Shown here: positions 1 to 12,506 of the stretch, in pieces
Layout: each line of letters begins with the position of its first letter
Position numbering within the stretch: position 1 is the stretch's first letter
NCBI GenBank assembly: GCA_973895155.1
Contig: OZ316894.1
Location: 21,857,867-21,921,866, forward strand
Length of the DNA: 64,000 bases
Direction: 5' to 3'
DNA from: Marsupella aquatica
Taxonomy: Eukaryota > Plantae > Marchantiophyta
Notes under the pieces: generated by a model
The model's input: only the letters and a program-made list of their open reading frames with translations
Databases searched by the model: none
Told to the model about the DNA's origin: nothing
Made by a program: the position numbers and the translations under genes

Positions 1-339
1 CATGTCGTGGCTGTCACAAAAGGGCTTCAGCTGCTGTTGGATCCATTCAACTGTTTTGAATCCCCCGGTTGCTACCAGCCAGGCAACCACGGCCATGGCC
101 AGCACCTGAAAGACCTGCCCCGGCAAGGACAGAGAGGCGTCCGACTTTCTCGACAGCTCTCTCTCTTTACTAGTGCTGCTGCTGGCCCCTGCTGTGCTCT
201 TCGGCTCTTTCTTGACGCTGTGCAGCACTCTGTGGTGCTCGCCTGACAGAGGAGGCTGTGGGAAAGCAGAATTCGTCGTCTTCGGCAGGGTTTTGGGAGT
301 CCGGGGCGGTGGAGATGAAAACACTGAACCCGAACTCAT
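1..339 (-). CDS. 5' part of MAN1/Src1-like (MSC domain) inner nuclear membrane protein, runs off the window
   Basis: Frame is open from ATG 339 to base 1: MSSGSVFSSPPPRTPK...VFQVLAMAVVAWLVATGGFKTVEWIQQQLKPFCDSHDM. Basic/Ser-rich N-terminus, hydrophobic helix, then KPFCDS, as in plant MAN1-like proteins (At5g46560). Missing from the ORF track because no stop lies in the window. Confidence 0.6.
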   Translation of the reverse strand, partial: MSSGSVFSSPPPRTPKTLPKTTNSAFPQPPLSGEHHRVLHSVKKEPKSTAGASSSTSKERELSRKSDASLSLPGQVFQVLAMAVVAWLVATGGFKTVEWIQQQLKPFCDSHDM

Positions 340-865
340 CCTGCTCCTCTTCGCTCTCAGCAATGTCGAAAGTTTTCACCGACCACCACCTCTGTCTTCT
401 CAATCAGCCCTTGCGGACCAGTCCTCGATCAACTGAATTTGAGCGTTAGTTCACATACTGCAGTCATCCAAGCACAAGGCAAAAGGCCCTCTCTGGACTG
501 TTTCTCTGGAAAACCTCATTCTCCTAGACTCCATGTCCAATGCTCCTGCGAGAGTGCAATTGCGTCTCTCCATATCTGAAGCTACGTCAACATTTAACAT
601 TCTCGCTCCTCAATTCCCTTGATTTGCTCCTGCTGGTCTTGGGAACGCATTCCTTGCATTTATGTTGTGTGCGCGGGTGCTTTGCTAGTTGGAAGTAATG
701 CTTCCTTCACATGTACTACATCACATTTTTTAAGGCTTCATCTATTTTGTGTGCGCGAGTGCTATGCTACTTTAAAGTATCTAGACTACCCATTCTTTTA
801 CTTAGAATATATATTGTCTGTGCAAACCCCCATATATCACACAGTGCCAAAAAGACAGGATTGCT

Positions 866-1760
866 AACCCTGGAGACATGATCCCCAAAGCAAAAAACCC
901 AATAAAGGGAATGACCCCAGGATGACCAAAGAGGCCCAACAAGTCGAGGAGTATCACACAGTAACTAAAAAACTAAGGAACAAACTAAAAACCCTACTGG
1001 GCTGTAAACCGAAAAAGTCTAGTAGAGCTTGGGAGTAAACCGCATAGGAGAGTCACGGAGTGGAATATGTCTAGAGGCCGTAAAACCAACTCCCTCGGCC
1101 CTACAAAGAATAGTGAAAGCCTGGGCCCTCTGAAGTCCACCGACACCCTTTGTCGAAAGAAGGCTGTGAGGATAAAAATAGGGGGAAAAAGACTACGTTC
1201 AATACAAAACACAACACAAGCCCAAAGGAGGTGGTCAAAACGAGGGTGGAGAGCACCAAGCCCAAAGGAATTGATCAAAACCCCAGTCAAAACTAGGGTG
1301 GAGAGCACCAAAGACCTCAAGGGCAAATGGGTAGAAAGTTCCCATGGGTAACAACCACATAAAGGAGGAAACAAACACCACCATAAAGAGGCCAAAAAGG
1401 GCCCACCCATGGGAGAGCCAGAAGGGGAAGTCACATTAGACTCCCCCACCAGACCATACCTAACAAGACACAGTCCCCCATAGGAACACCTAGTACCAGC
1501 ACCCTACCTAAAATCCCACCAGCCCGTAATAGTGGAGACCCCCCAGTACCTAACCAAAATGACCTCAGAGAGAAGCAGAGAGAACCCAACTATCTCCATG
1601 CACCAGCCATTTATGAAGCTGAACATCAATCCACCCCTTGGCTTGAAGCAACCGCGTCTGCTTCCTGCCAAAAGGGGACCGCCTGCCCACCGCAAGCTGG
1701 TGGTGGGAAAGCACCCAACGTAAGTCAAAGCACCGTCGTCCCCCCAGTTGGAACACATGT
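866..1760. repeat. Unclassified dispersed repeat, related to 54705-54984
   Basis: Colinear motifs (gagacatgatccccaa...aaaaccctac...gtagagct...tgtctaga...ccct) shared with 54705-54960. Right boundary uncertain. Confidence 0.5.
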
Positions 1761-4476
1761 TCATTGCAACCCAACCACAGCTGCCATAAAACCTGATAGA
1801 TAACGCATAGTTTGACAGGATTTGCACCAACCTTACCCATGGCTTTGTCCAGCATTCTCAGCCACCCGCCCGCCGTTTGAATCCTAATCGCTTGCAGAGC
1901 AAACCGGACTACCCATTCTTTTGAATGTAAATATAGGTGACAAAAAAAAACCGTCCAAGAAATAAATTGGTTATTAGTCATTTATGATTTGTCCACATTC
2001 CTTGCACCCTTGTAGCAGTCAACTTAAATACTTGTAGAGTCTGACAAAACTACTTGTAGTATCTGGCCGATCTATTTGGAGTGTCCGACGAGACTGCTTG
2101 TAATGTTGACTAAAATACTTGTATTGTCAATAAAAATAGTTGTGGCTCCCATAGAAGTACTCTCTACATCATTCAAATGCAAACAAAGTCTAATCTAAGT
2201 GCAACGCCAAGTCTATGTACTTGGAGATTGGTTCCTTCTATCATTGACTCTAAGGGATGTGCCCCTACATTGAACTCCTCGCTGATGGGAAAAGTGTCAC
2301 GAAACAACCACGATCACAACCAGCAAGCTTGCACACACCGACACCAAGAGATATGTGTTTCACCTTCGTCAAGGCTTCATCCATGGGAACACACAAGACC
2401 TTTACTAAGCTTTGATCGCCATAGCCACACAAAGCCTCCTTGCACAAACTCTCCTCCTGGCACCTAGCTAGCTCCCTCAATAATAACCATGAGTCTCCAA
2501 GAACAGCTCTCCCTAGCCCCTCTATATGCTAGATGCAAGAGTTGCGACTAATCGCCATTAACACCCTAATGGTGGTTTAGCCTGCGTATCAAGAAGCTAA
2601 CCCAATACTAGAATGAACCCTAACACTGGCCATGATATTCTAAACTGAAAATTTCATTCCTGAACCCCTTCATGAGACTGGTCCGACAACAGTTCAAGTG
2701 GAGATCCAAGGACAAAGGCCCAAAAATTTGGGTTCTTGAGGTCCATTCCAGTGAAATCTTAGTAAAACACCTGGCCACTAAATTCAACTTAGTGACTCGT
2801 GGAATGGCCATTATGAGAGAACCAAAGGCTCTCTAAAGAAAGGGCCTCCTGCATGCAAGACAGCCTTAAGTACATGGGGATAATGCCTGCCATCTTTGAC
2901 TACATAATTATAATAAGGAAAATCTCCTACTTAGGCCTACTGTCTAAAGTGAAGCCTCTAGACTAGGGGATAACTGAAAGTGTATGATGGGGGCAAAGAT
3001 GAACAAGAAATAATAAGGGATTTTTTACAACATCTCTTTTGTCTTATCTCTATATACATTCAAGGACTGTGTAGTCAGGCTACTAAGTATATAGGCTAGT
3101 AAAGTATATAATCTCAATCAGAAGCTCTCTCCTAGGCCAACTGCCTAGAAGTGAAGCCTCCAGACAGTGACTGGGCCATAACTTGAAGTTGGGATGCAAG
3201 ATAATCTATTTTTAAACATTTTATTTGTACACCAGTGTGGCAAATGTAAGCCTATGTGAAGGATAAGATGCAAGGGATATTTGTCATCTGTTTTTTCTGA
3301 ATTATTTCTTGACCATTACATCTCCCTAGATTTACAGATGACCTTAAGATTCTGGCAAATGGGGTCAGTCATTGGTGGGAAACTGGCTAATGGGATACAA
3401 ATACAAATGACGATTTTTACCAAAAGTGGCAAAATGGTTTTGGGGAGGTGGGATCTGGCAAATTTCTGCATCTAAGAAAAGAGGTAGTCTCTCATTACAA
3501 GATGTAAACAGTGGTATCTGGGCACTGTGCCCCATGGTATGATTCATGACAGTTTTGTCAGTCCATGGGGGCATCATGCATAATATGCCAGTCCAACCGG
3601 GCATTACTTTCTTGCAACCTCTCTTTGCTCTGATGCACAAAAAGTTTTAACTGACTGGATGGATAACATACTAAGCTCTTCCTATCTCCCAATTGGCTCT
3701 ATAAAAATCACCTTAAGTTCCACTCATTGACTAAATTTTGCTAGTGAATAAAGTGATAGCATATCTAACTGTAACCAAGCACCTGACTACGATTCAATTC
3801 ACTACAATCACATAGTAACTCTAGACCTAACAGTAAATGTTTAACAAATAAAAGGGAACAATAGCCCCATGTCTTGCCATGTAGGACAATAGACACCACA
3901 CCTAAATCTCCCTTAATTATTGTAAAGCCAATTCCGGCCCTTCCCACTCATTATAAGGTCCAGATTTAATCTCAGATGCATTGACCCCCAAGTCTTGTAA
4001 AGTAGGTCCCAAGTTCTCTTAATAGCCAACTACAACGTTTCCAGTCATCGTATGGTCCAAATTGAACTCATAACCAATGGTTCTGACTTCTTGTATAGTC
4101 TGCCCGGAGTTCCTATAGCCTTAGTACATCGTGAACTTGTACTTTTAGTGCGCGGGCAGGACCGGTCGCCCCAGTCAGTGCAAAACCAGGAGGCTCGTAC
4201 CCCCTTCACGGACATAATAGTCCCCACAGCTAGCCAATTGCATCCATTTCGGCTCATTATAAGCCTATTGCAGCCATTTCCCTCTCATTATATGGTCCAC
4301 ATCCATGAAGCAATCTCCTGGGGGTTCCTCCAAAACCAATTGCATCCATTTTCTCGCATTGTAAGCCTATTGCAGCCATTTACTCTCATTATTGCATCCA
4401 TTTTCGGGCATTGAGCCATTTCCTCACATTATACGGTCCAGATCTAACCAATGAAGGAATCTCCTAGAGATCTTGT

Positions 4477-4842
4477 AAAGCAAACTGCAACCATTTCCAC
4501 TCATTATACGGTTGAGATTTGATCTCTAAAGCAAACTGCAGTCATTTCCACTCATTATATGGTCGAGATTGACCTCAAAAGCAAACTGCAGTCATTTCTA
4601 CTCATTATATGGTCAAGATTTCATCTCAAAAGCGAACTGCAGTCATTCCCACTCATTAGAAGGTCGAGATTTGACCTCAAAAACACAAAACTGCAGTCAT
4701 TTACACTCATTATACGGTCGAGATTGACCTCAAAAGCAAAAACTGCAGTCATTTACACTCATTATGCGGTCGAGATTGACCTCAAAAGCAAACTGCAGTC
4801 ATTTCCACTCATTATACGGTCGAGATTTAATCTCAAAAGCAA
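4477..4842. repeat. Tandem repeat, ~51-bp unit x7, with degenerate units back to ~3945
   Basis: Unit aaagcaaactgcagtcatttccactcattatacggtcgagatt(t)gacctca repeated head to tail. Confidence 0.95.
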
Positions 4843-5817
4843 TGGCCTCGACGTCTGGTGAAGCACCTTCAGTCTCAGCCACTCGACAAGGAACTCTGCG
4901 GATGGCGGACAATCATCAATTTATGACCGAAAAAGGTTTCCCTCAGGGATTGTGACGAAGTCGTGGACCTCCAATTCGACCGCACAGCACGAAAAGGATC
5001 ACGACGACGAATCGAAAAGCAGAACGGTAAGTCTTTCGGCAGATTGAAAGCCAATAGTCACCAAGCAGCCAAAAGAGATTCCGTTCTGTTCTCTTCTTAC
5101 CCATGCTTCTCGTGTCTGATCTTCTTCTCGACCCCTGAAATGGTATAGTCATCGCCCTGCAGCCCTCCCGTCCCCCGAGGTCACTCTGGCCTCGAGTTTT
5201 CGTCGAACAATTCCATCAGCTGGGAAGAAAAAAACTGCAAAGGCTATGCGGAGCTTGGCCAGCCTTCTTGCTTAGGGGAGAAGTTTGATTGAACTAAGCG
5301 TTTCTTTGCAATGTAATTCGGTTAGACAAGTGAATGAGGAAATTTGGATCAGGGAATCGGCCTGTTCGAGGTGAGTCTTCCTGTAGGATTTTATGTAGAA
5401 TTGATAGAATTGATTGATTGAGAGTGCTAGACGAGGTTGAAGAGTTGGGGGGTCCTGGTGGTTTTTTGTTTCGGGGTCATTTGGAGAGACCATCTTCGGC
5501 GGATTTTATCGATAACGGGATAGACTCTGAATCTCTCTCCCGTTGAGGTCTGTTGTCAGGTGCTGTTGCTCTGGAAGGTAAAGGTAGGTCAAGAAGAAGA
5601 GCAGGTGGATTGGGTGATAGACATCATCACATCGCCAGGGCCGACGGTGTAATAGATATGAAGGAAGTATTGGTGGATTAGGTTTAAGGATTTGGTGAGG
5701 ATTGGACAAATTGAAGTGCAGACGCGTTGGAATCTTCGCTGCAAGGGATCAGAGTGCCTTTGGAGAACGCAAATCGGCTCTAGGGTTGTCAGTGATAGGA
5801 TCGTGTTGTCTTTGGAA

Positions 5818-7204
5818 ATGGCCACAGCGCTAGACATCGCAGGACGTAATCTGGTCTCCGGCTCTGGTGTCTGCGCCGTGCTTCCTTCGAGGTCATATTC
5901 CCTCACATGTTTTGGGGGGATTCGTTTTGCTTCGCATCATTCTTTTAGGAATTCGGTTTCGTTTAGACTTTCCAGAAGGTGCCAAGTGCAAGCGTTGCTG
6001 CTGGAACCCTCAGATGGAGCTCAGGATAATCTGGATAACTTTGTGAAGCGCATGGAGCAGACCTGGTCAATCGCCAAGGTAGACAACCAGATCAATTTGA
6101 AATTGATCTTCTTGCTCAAGCCTTTGTCTTATTATTTCCGGCCAATATTTGAGAATTAGTCACCAATTTGAAGCAATTTTTGGGCTCAAATTCTACACTT
6201 TTCACATGTACTTGGTGCTTGGCGCCCGTTCTACAGCAACCGAGGCCGGTGCAGTGCAAGTCCTGTACGGCAAGTGGACAAGTGGACTGTCCTTGGTGTA
6301 AAGGGACCGGCTTCTTCATCATAGGTGACAACATGCTCTGCGAGGTTCCATCACGGAATACAACTTGCCGCGTCTGCTTTGGCCGGGTTCGTTACTTTTG
6401 CCCCCTGTCAGTTTCTCGAGGAATGTTCAGAGTAGCTATAATGATTTCACTAATTCATACTGTGACACTTAAAAATGTAACTGTCCAAGTCCTTGTTGCC
6501 CGGCAGTCAAATGTGTAGACAAAGTCATTTCGTGGTTCGGTCACTCAGCTGGAGGTTGTGAAGGGTAACGAGACCCTTGTATTGGATCCTTCAGCTGATC
6601 TGCGGGCGTTAGATGCAGAATTATAAGACAACATACTGTCTAGGCCGTTTGTCGCACAGCACTCTATGTATAGACTTCCATCGTGGGGTATGGAGTTCTT
6701 CAGAGGATGTGATCCCGTCTATTCCCTATCATGTTCTATGCGTTCGATGATAACTTCAGGCGATTACAATAACCTAGTGCCCATTCACTAATGTTTTAGG
6801 GAAGAGTCAGACGATAATTTGGCGTGCATCCAAGGAGTCTTATTTTCGACACGGTGGATTTGAATGAATCTCCTCTTTAGCCTATCTATACTGTACCTCG
6901 TGACCATTCCTATCTATAGAGTCTGGGCATATACTGGAAAGGATCAGCACGAGTGGATGGGGAAGGGTGGGTTGTAGTTTGAAACCCATAAATTTCAGGC
7001 TACCACAACACCTCAACCAAATTATGGTCATTGATGACAACTGGTGGTCTGGCACTCCTAGTCTCGAAATGTCTCAGTATGTTTTGCTATCTAACTGTCA
7101 GAACTTGTCTGCAGTGCACGCTACCTTGTGATGATTGTAAAGGGACCGGCTTTAGGGCTAAGTGGCTTGGAGAACCGCAGAAGCCCAAGAGGAACGATGG
7201 TTGA
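5818..7204 (+). CDS. Plastid DnaJ-like cysteine-rich zinc-finger protein (TSIP1/At2g24860-like)
   Basis: GT-AG exons 5818-6078, 6237-6386, 7115-7204. Transit-peptide-like N-terminus, then FVKRMEQTWSIAKQPRPVQCKSCTASGQVDCPWCKGTGFFIIGDNMLCEVPSRNTTCRVCFGRCTLPCDDCKGTGFRAKWL. Confidence 0.93.
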
Positions 7205-9977
7205 GTTTGGGATCCTTAGGATAATTGGGGGCGATCTCTGGGATGGAGTTCATCTCTATGCACAGCTGCTATCGTGTTGATGATGTTGTGAAGAACGTGA
7301 GGTAAGGAAAACCTCAACAATCCTCCAGACAATTGGCCTGGCCAACGGATCTTTATCTACACTGTGTTGATGTACAAAGCCATGGATGCAGCTTGCAATA
7401 TCGATGGCAACACATTACTATTGTCTATGTGATTATGAGCCATGGAGATGCAACGCTGGGATCCAAGGTGCTTCTACCGTATTGACCTCATTCTTAAGTA
7501 CGAAAGAGCTAACTTCCCGAGTCGCTCCAGTCTACCTTCCTAGGATCCTGTGGACTGATTCTGATAATTACCGTATCCAAAGACAATTTTCAGGTAATCT
7601 TCTTCTCGATCTGGAGCATGTTCTGGCCGCATTTGGCTGGAGGATCTGAAATATGAGAAATGATGTTGATGGGAAGGCGGTCGATCTGTTTGTGCAAGTG
7701 GAGAGTATTTTTTGTTTGAGACAAATTAATGAGTTAGAGAGAAAGGCTACGGCTGCAGACTACCTGAAATTGTTATGTCGTCACAGCCCATTACTATAGG
7801 CTATTGCAAGAGTTATCCGAGTTCCTGCACCGTATCTATACTTGAGCGAAAGGGTAAGGGATCAACCCTGGCTTAAACAAGCGTTTTCGTGCTCCTGTCC
7901 TTTAGCAGCTGGACTTTTCCATCACTTCTGTAGAGCAATTCTATATTAACCTAGAACCATATCCTGCTAAATAAGAATATTCCTGTCGCAAGTGATTCAT
8001 GACAGGCCATTCCATGCAACTATTCTAGATGCTGACACTTCCTGTAGCAACTCCGTAATCTATAGTTCTCTTGATCTCTCTGTCTCTGTGATGCAAGCAC
8101 TGGCTGTAATTACGCCGGGTTTGGGTTGGGGATCTCAATTTGTGAGCATCAAATTTCTATGCCGTATTTTGCTCATCCTAGAATTGCTGTAAAGGGGTTA
8201 GAGATGAATTAGCTCACAATTACCCAAGCGTAGGTGAAGTGTCAGCACTTTAAGATCTTCAAGAGAAAAGGATCTCTGTGTGGTTGGCGAGCCCTTGATT
8301 ATCATTAATATTTGAGACAAAGCTTGTAGCCAATGATCTCAGTTGAGATGGCATAAATTTCTTGTCGCCTCGGAGCTTGACCTAAGATAGCCGTGTATGC
8401 TTATACTTTGACTAGTATATTGCCATCGTTTTCACTGTTGGTTAACAAACCAGTTCAGGTTAGCTTAGACCATCTAACCATGACCCTTTTGTGCCTTTTC
8501 TGTCCTCGATGGCTACAACTCCTGATAAACCACCATTGTCACAGAAGTCGTGGGAGAACAAAATAGTTACTTTGTGCTCACTTGTTTCCTTGGTTATGAA
8601 CATTATTGAAAATGAACAGTGGCAGCTCACCTCTACCCGCTGCTATCCACCATCTTTGGGGATGGGGTTTCTTGCCATCACAACTCGAGGGTGACTGGGA
8701 GTGGGATAGGTTGCAATGGGATGATGGCAAGGGTGAAGGGTACCAGGAGGTGGACCAGTGAGCGTTTATGGGAGGATTGAAGCTATATGGTAAGGGAGTG
8801 AAAGACAACAATATCCGTTGGACAAGTCTCTGGAGGGTGTTAGCTAAATCTAAACCCCTGATAAAAATTCTCCAGTATTCCAAATGAAGTCCTTAAATCT
8901 TCTTCTGCTGTACCCTTTGACCCAGTTCTACGTGGGCTAAATGACTAGGATGATTTTTTCATGGCTATAGTGAACAGGAGTCTTGTCTTTTTTGAAGTAG
9001 TCAATAGAGAGGGTCAAAGCGGGCCCCAATGAGTTCCTGCCAAGGACACCAGTTGTTTTTTTGGACAGAACAAAAAACCGTACAGGATACCTATGAAGGT
9101 GTCCCATAAGGATGAGACTTCCAAAAAGTGGTTGTCTGTGGGGACAAGTTATAGTTTAGGGCTGATTAATTAAAGCCATGAGACCCTTATTATGGCAGTG
9201 CTTTGTGCCCTCATGCACCCTCCCGACTGGTACATGTCAATCCAATGACTAGTAGCCAAATGCACCACAGATCCTGGCCATCCCCATTGTGAGGTGTCAA
9301 TCGCAAGTGCAAAACTTGTCTACAAAACCCCCAAAACAACTTCAGGGGGCAATCAGGAAATGCTCATCATACTCTAGATCTTTGTACCCTCTCATCACTC
9401 TCCCAAAATTGGATGGAAGTAGGTTAGCCGCGTTCCACCCTACAGCCTCCCACCAAGGGTGTTTACTGTCTAAACTACAAGGTACACCTGGTCACTAACA
9501 TGATAACCTCTGGGTGGTACATTATTGATAGAATTAAAAGCCCTGCTGGTAATCACACATCAAAATGTAATACTATACACTCTGCACTCACTTATTTAAA
9601 GAAAATAAAGAGGTTTTTCATGAATCTTCTGAATTGAGATTATGTCCCTAGATGTTAGGCTTGGCAATATCAACAGGTTGCTAGCTAAGATCCCTACTTG
9701 ACCCCAGGTGCTACCTTGGTTTTGGGGGTTTCTCTCTTGAAGAGCTGCAACATTGCTAATTGTTCCTAGCAGCCCCTTAGGTTGTTTTCCTCTGCTCACT
9801 CCTGATTTTCCAACCCAGTTAGAAAAAAATTACAGAAACTTTATTGGACAATGTTGTCAGTGGCATCTATTAATGGTTTCACCCGGGATAATGTCAAAAC
9901 TGGAGATAATGGAATTTGCAGGACTTCCAAATTCCCACCTCTCCAGAGACTTTCCAACCCGGTTACAAAAGCAGAAA

Positions 9978-10606
9978 CAGCTTGTTACTAAGCTGTCCAC
10001 CTAACTGTTAGAATTTAGTATCCTGTCCCTCTAACTATCCGAATTTAGTATCATGTCCCCCAAACAATTTTATTTATCACTATGCCCCCCATTCGGTATC
10101 TGGGTTAGTATACAGTGTACACTGGCTTAAAAACAGTGCCACATGGCAAGGCGTGTGCAGGCTGCATTTCCGTGAGTCAGGGGCTAAGGTCGGGTTGTTT
10201 TGGCTCCTCTGGGTCTCACTATTCATGAGGGGAAATTTGGGCCGCAGCACTTGGGGAGGGGAAAGTCAGGGGGCTGCTCCTCCCAACCTAAGTACTTGGT
10301 GAGGGCAAAGTCGGGAGACTTTGGCTCTTCCCGGGCCCCGACACTTTGTGTGTGTGTGTGGGGGGGGGGGACGTTTTGGCTCTTCCTGGGCCTGTGACAA
10401 CAGCCCGCCATGGAAAGGAGGGGAACAAGAGGTAAATCAAGGCGATTTCACCCACAGCCACTCACACCTTGCCATGTGGCACTGTTAAGCCAGTGTAGGC
10501 TACATACTAACCCGATACAGAATGCAGGGCATAGTGGTAAATAAAATTGTTTAGGGCACAGGATACTAAATTAGGACAGTTAGGGGGACAGCTTAGTAAA
10601 ATGCTG
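9978..10606. mobile_element. Mutator-like MITE
   Basis: ~180-bp imperfect TIRs (cagcttgttactaagctgtcc... / ...ggacagcttagtaaaatgctg). 10-bp TSD with one mismatch: aaagcagaaa (9968-9977) / aaaccagaaa (10607-10616). Confidence 0.85.
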
Positions 10607-10929
10607 AAACCAGAAATTACAGAAACCTAAGGGGATGTCCAACGTGGCATCCATTATCTCCAGTTTTGACACGAGAAAGTGGGAGAGCCAGAGTGCCCCA
10701 TATGGGTCCCACTAAATACATCAACCCTGATTTTAAATAAAAAAAAAATTTGTATATGTGTACAGGAAATGAGACACCCTGAATTTTTTTTCTTTGTATG
10801 TGTGTACAAGGAAATGAAACATTACCCTGAGTGAAACCACCCAACCCCTAACCAGCCCGGGAATTATGAATTCGAATGACTTAGAATAAAGTTGCAAGTG
10901 AGGCTAGAACATCTGGGTATTATGAAATT

Positions 10930-11140
10930 TGAATAAGAAAGAACAAAATGTAAGTGGCACACAGTGACAGATCAGAATTTTTTCTGTGAAAAATATAATA
11001 AAATACAAATGACAGAGAGATGAAATTTTTTCTTGAATAAGAAAGAACAAAATGTAAGTGGCACACAGTGACAGATCAGACTTTTTCTTTGAAAATATAT
11101 AATAAAATACAAATGACAGAGAAATGAGATTTTTTCTATG
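10930..11140. repeat. 104-bp tandem duplication
   Basis: tgaataagaaagaacaaaatgtaagtggcacacagtgacagatcaga... at 10930 and 11034. Confidence 0.9.
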
Positions 11141-11196
11141 TAAAATTGTGTAAACAGTCACTCAGGTTTTATGTTTGGTAACTCAACCCCACTTGG

Positions 11197-11291
11197 GATA
11201 ATGGATGTAACCCCCTCAGGCTCAACACCCTTGAGGATTACATGGGGATAATGGATGTAACCCCTCACGCTCAACACCCTTGAGGATTACA
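11197..11291. repeat. ~49-bp tandem duplication
   Basis: ggataatggatgtaacccc...ctcaacacccttgaggattaca occurs twice. Confidence 0.9.
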
Positions 11292-12506
11292 GCCCATTGC
11301 CCCTTCTTGGGGATGGGTTACCCTACCCTACATACCCGACCCAATTCAAGGAAGGCAGGCCAGTATAAGTGAAGTGATGGCAACTTCAAGAGACATTTCA
11401 CCTGACACCATATATATTTTTGTGGAGGTCCCTTCATTTGCAAGTCCTTATGACAAAGGACATGCATTATAGTGCGAATGAAATTCTCCTAGAATTATCC
11501 ACACGAGACTGGCACATAACACCGTTACAATTGCAGGTCATTCCAGAAGTGAAGACAACTTCATTCGCTTTACTTTATGGACAATAGACTCACTCAATTA
11601 CCAAGGCCTGCGCTCACAGCATCAGACCGTCCATAATATGAACAATCACTTGATGAAGATTAATTGCACTCAATGTGACAGCTCTGTTAAAATCATATGT
11701 TACAACTCAACTTCCCCCGCATCCTTCTGAACTGTACTTGACGTTTCAGGGATTTGTGTAAGCCTATCTTTGTGACGATCATCCCTCAGTACATTACGCC
11801 TGCTACTCCAAAAAATTTGCTGGTTGGATACTCCAAACCACTTTGCCCTGAAAATATTTCCTCGTCCCCAAGTTTCCCCAGTGGCTCATGGCAAATCCAC
11901 TTGCTCTAAGAGTTTTGGACACTACACAGGCCTCAATGCTTGCCTGTACTTCTGGAAGATAACTTCAGTTGTTGACGAGTGTGGATCACCTGTAGTTTGT
12001 TTTAGGTGTCGACCATCCAACTCAGGGGAAAGACCATACTGAGCTCGTAGAATCATCTGTCAGTCAGCCTCCTCTCTGATGATTAACCATCATCTTAGCC
12101 AGTGGTAACATGCCTCACAAAATTGGCCATTTCCACACATCGTCCCAAGAATCTATAATCCACTGCTCCTTGCCAGTGGAATGTAGTCGGCTGACCTCAA
12201 CTACTTCGTGCACATAAAACTTATCAACCGCAGCCCGTTAAGGCTTATGCTGATTCGGACCCCTAGCTTGCAACATTCCCATAACTCAAATTTGAGCTTT
12301 CCTCAAACAAGATAATCAGTGTTAGGCCGCGATTTGCAGCAACAAAGACTAAGAGGGCAATCAGGCAGAAAACGAAAACAGGTTTGCGTACTATCAATGA
12401 CCACAGCACTGGCAAACAAGAATCAAGTTCCTTGCACCGGAAATACCAGCAGGCACATTGGTGTAGATGCCCTGGACAATGTCCATATTTCCATGGACAA
12501 ATCGCA

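Noticed and set aside
4477-4842. CRISPR-like array
   Set aside because: Units are head to tail with no unique spacers, there are no cas genes, and the context is eukaryotic.
7380-9500. Short ORFs and a possible LINE 3' remnant
   Set aside because: No diagnostic motif could be recovered by eye.
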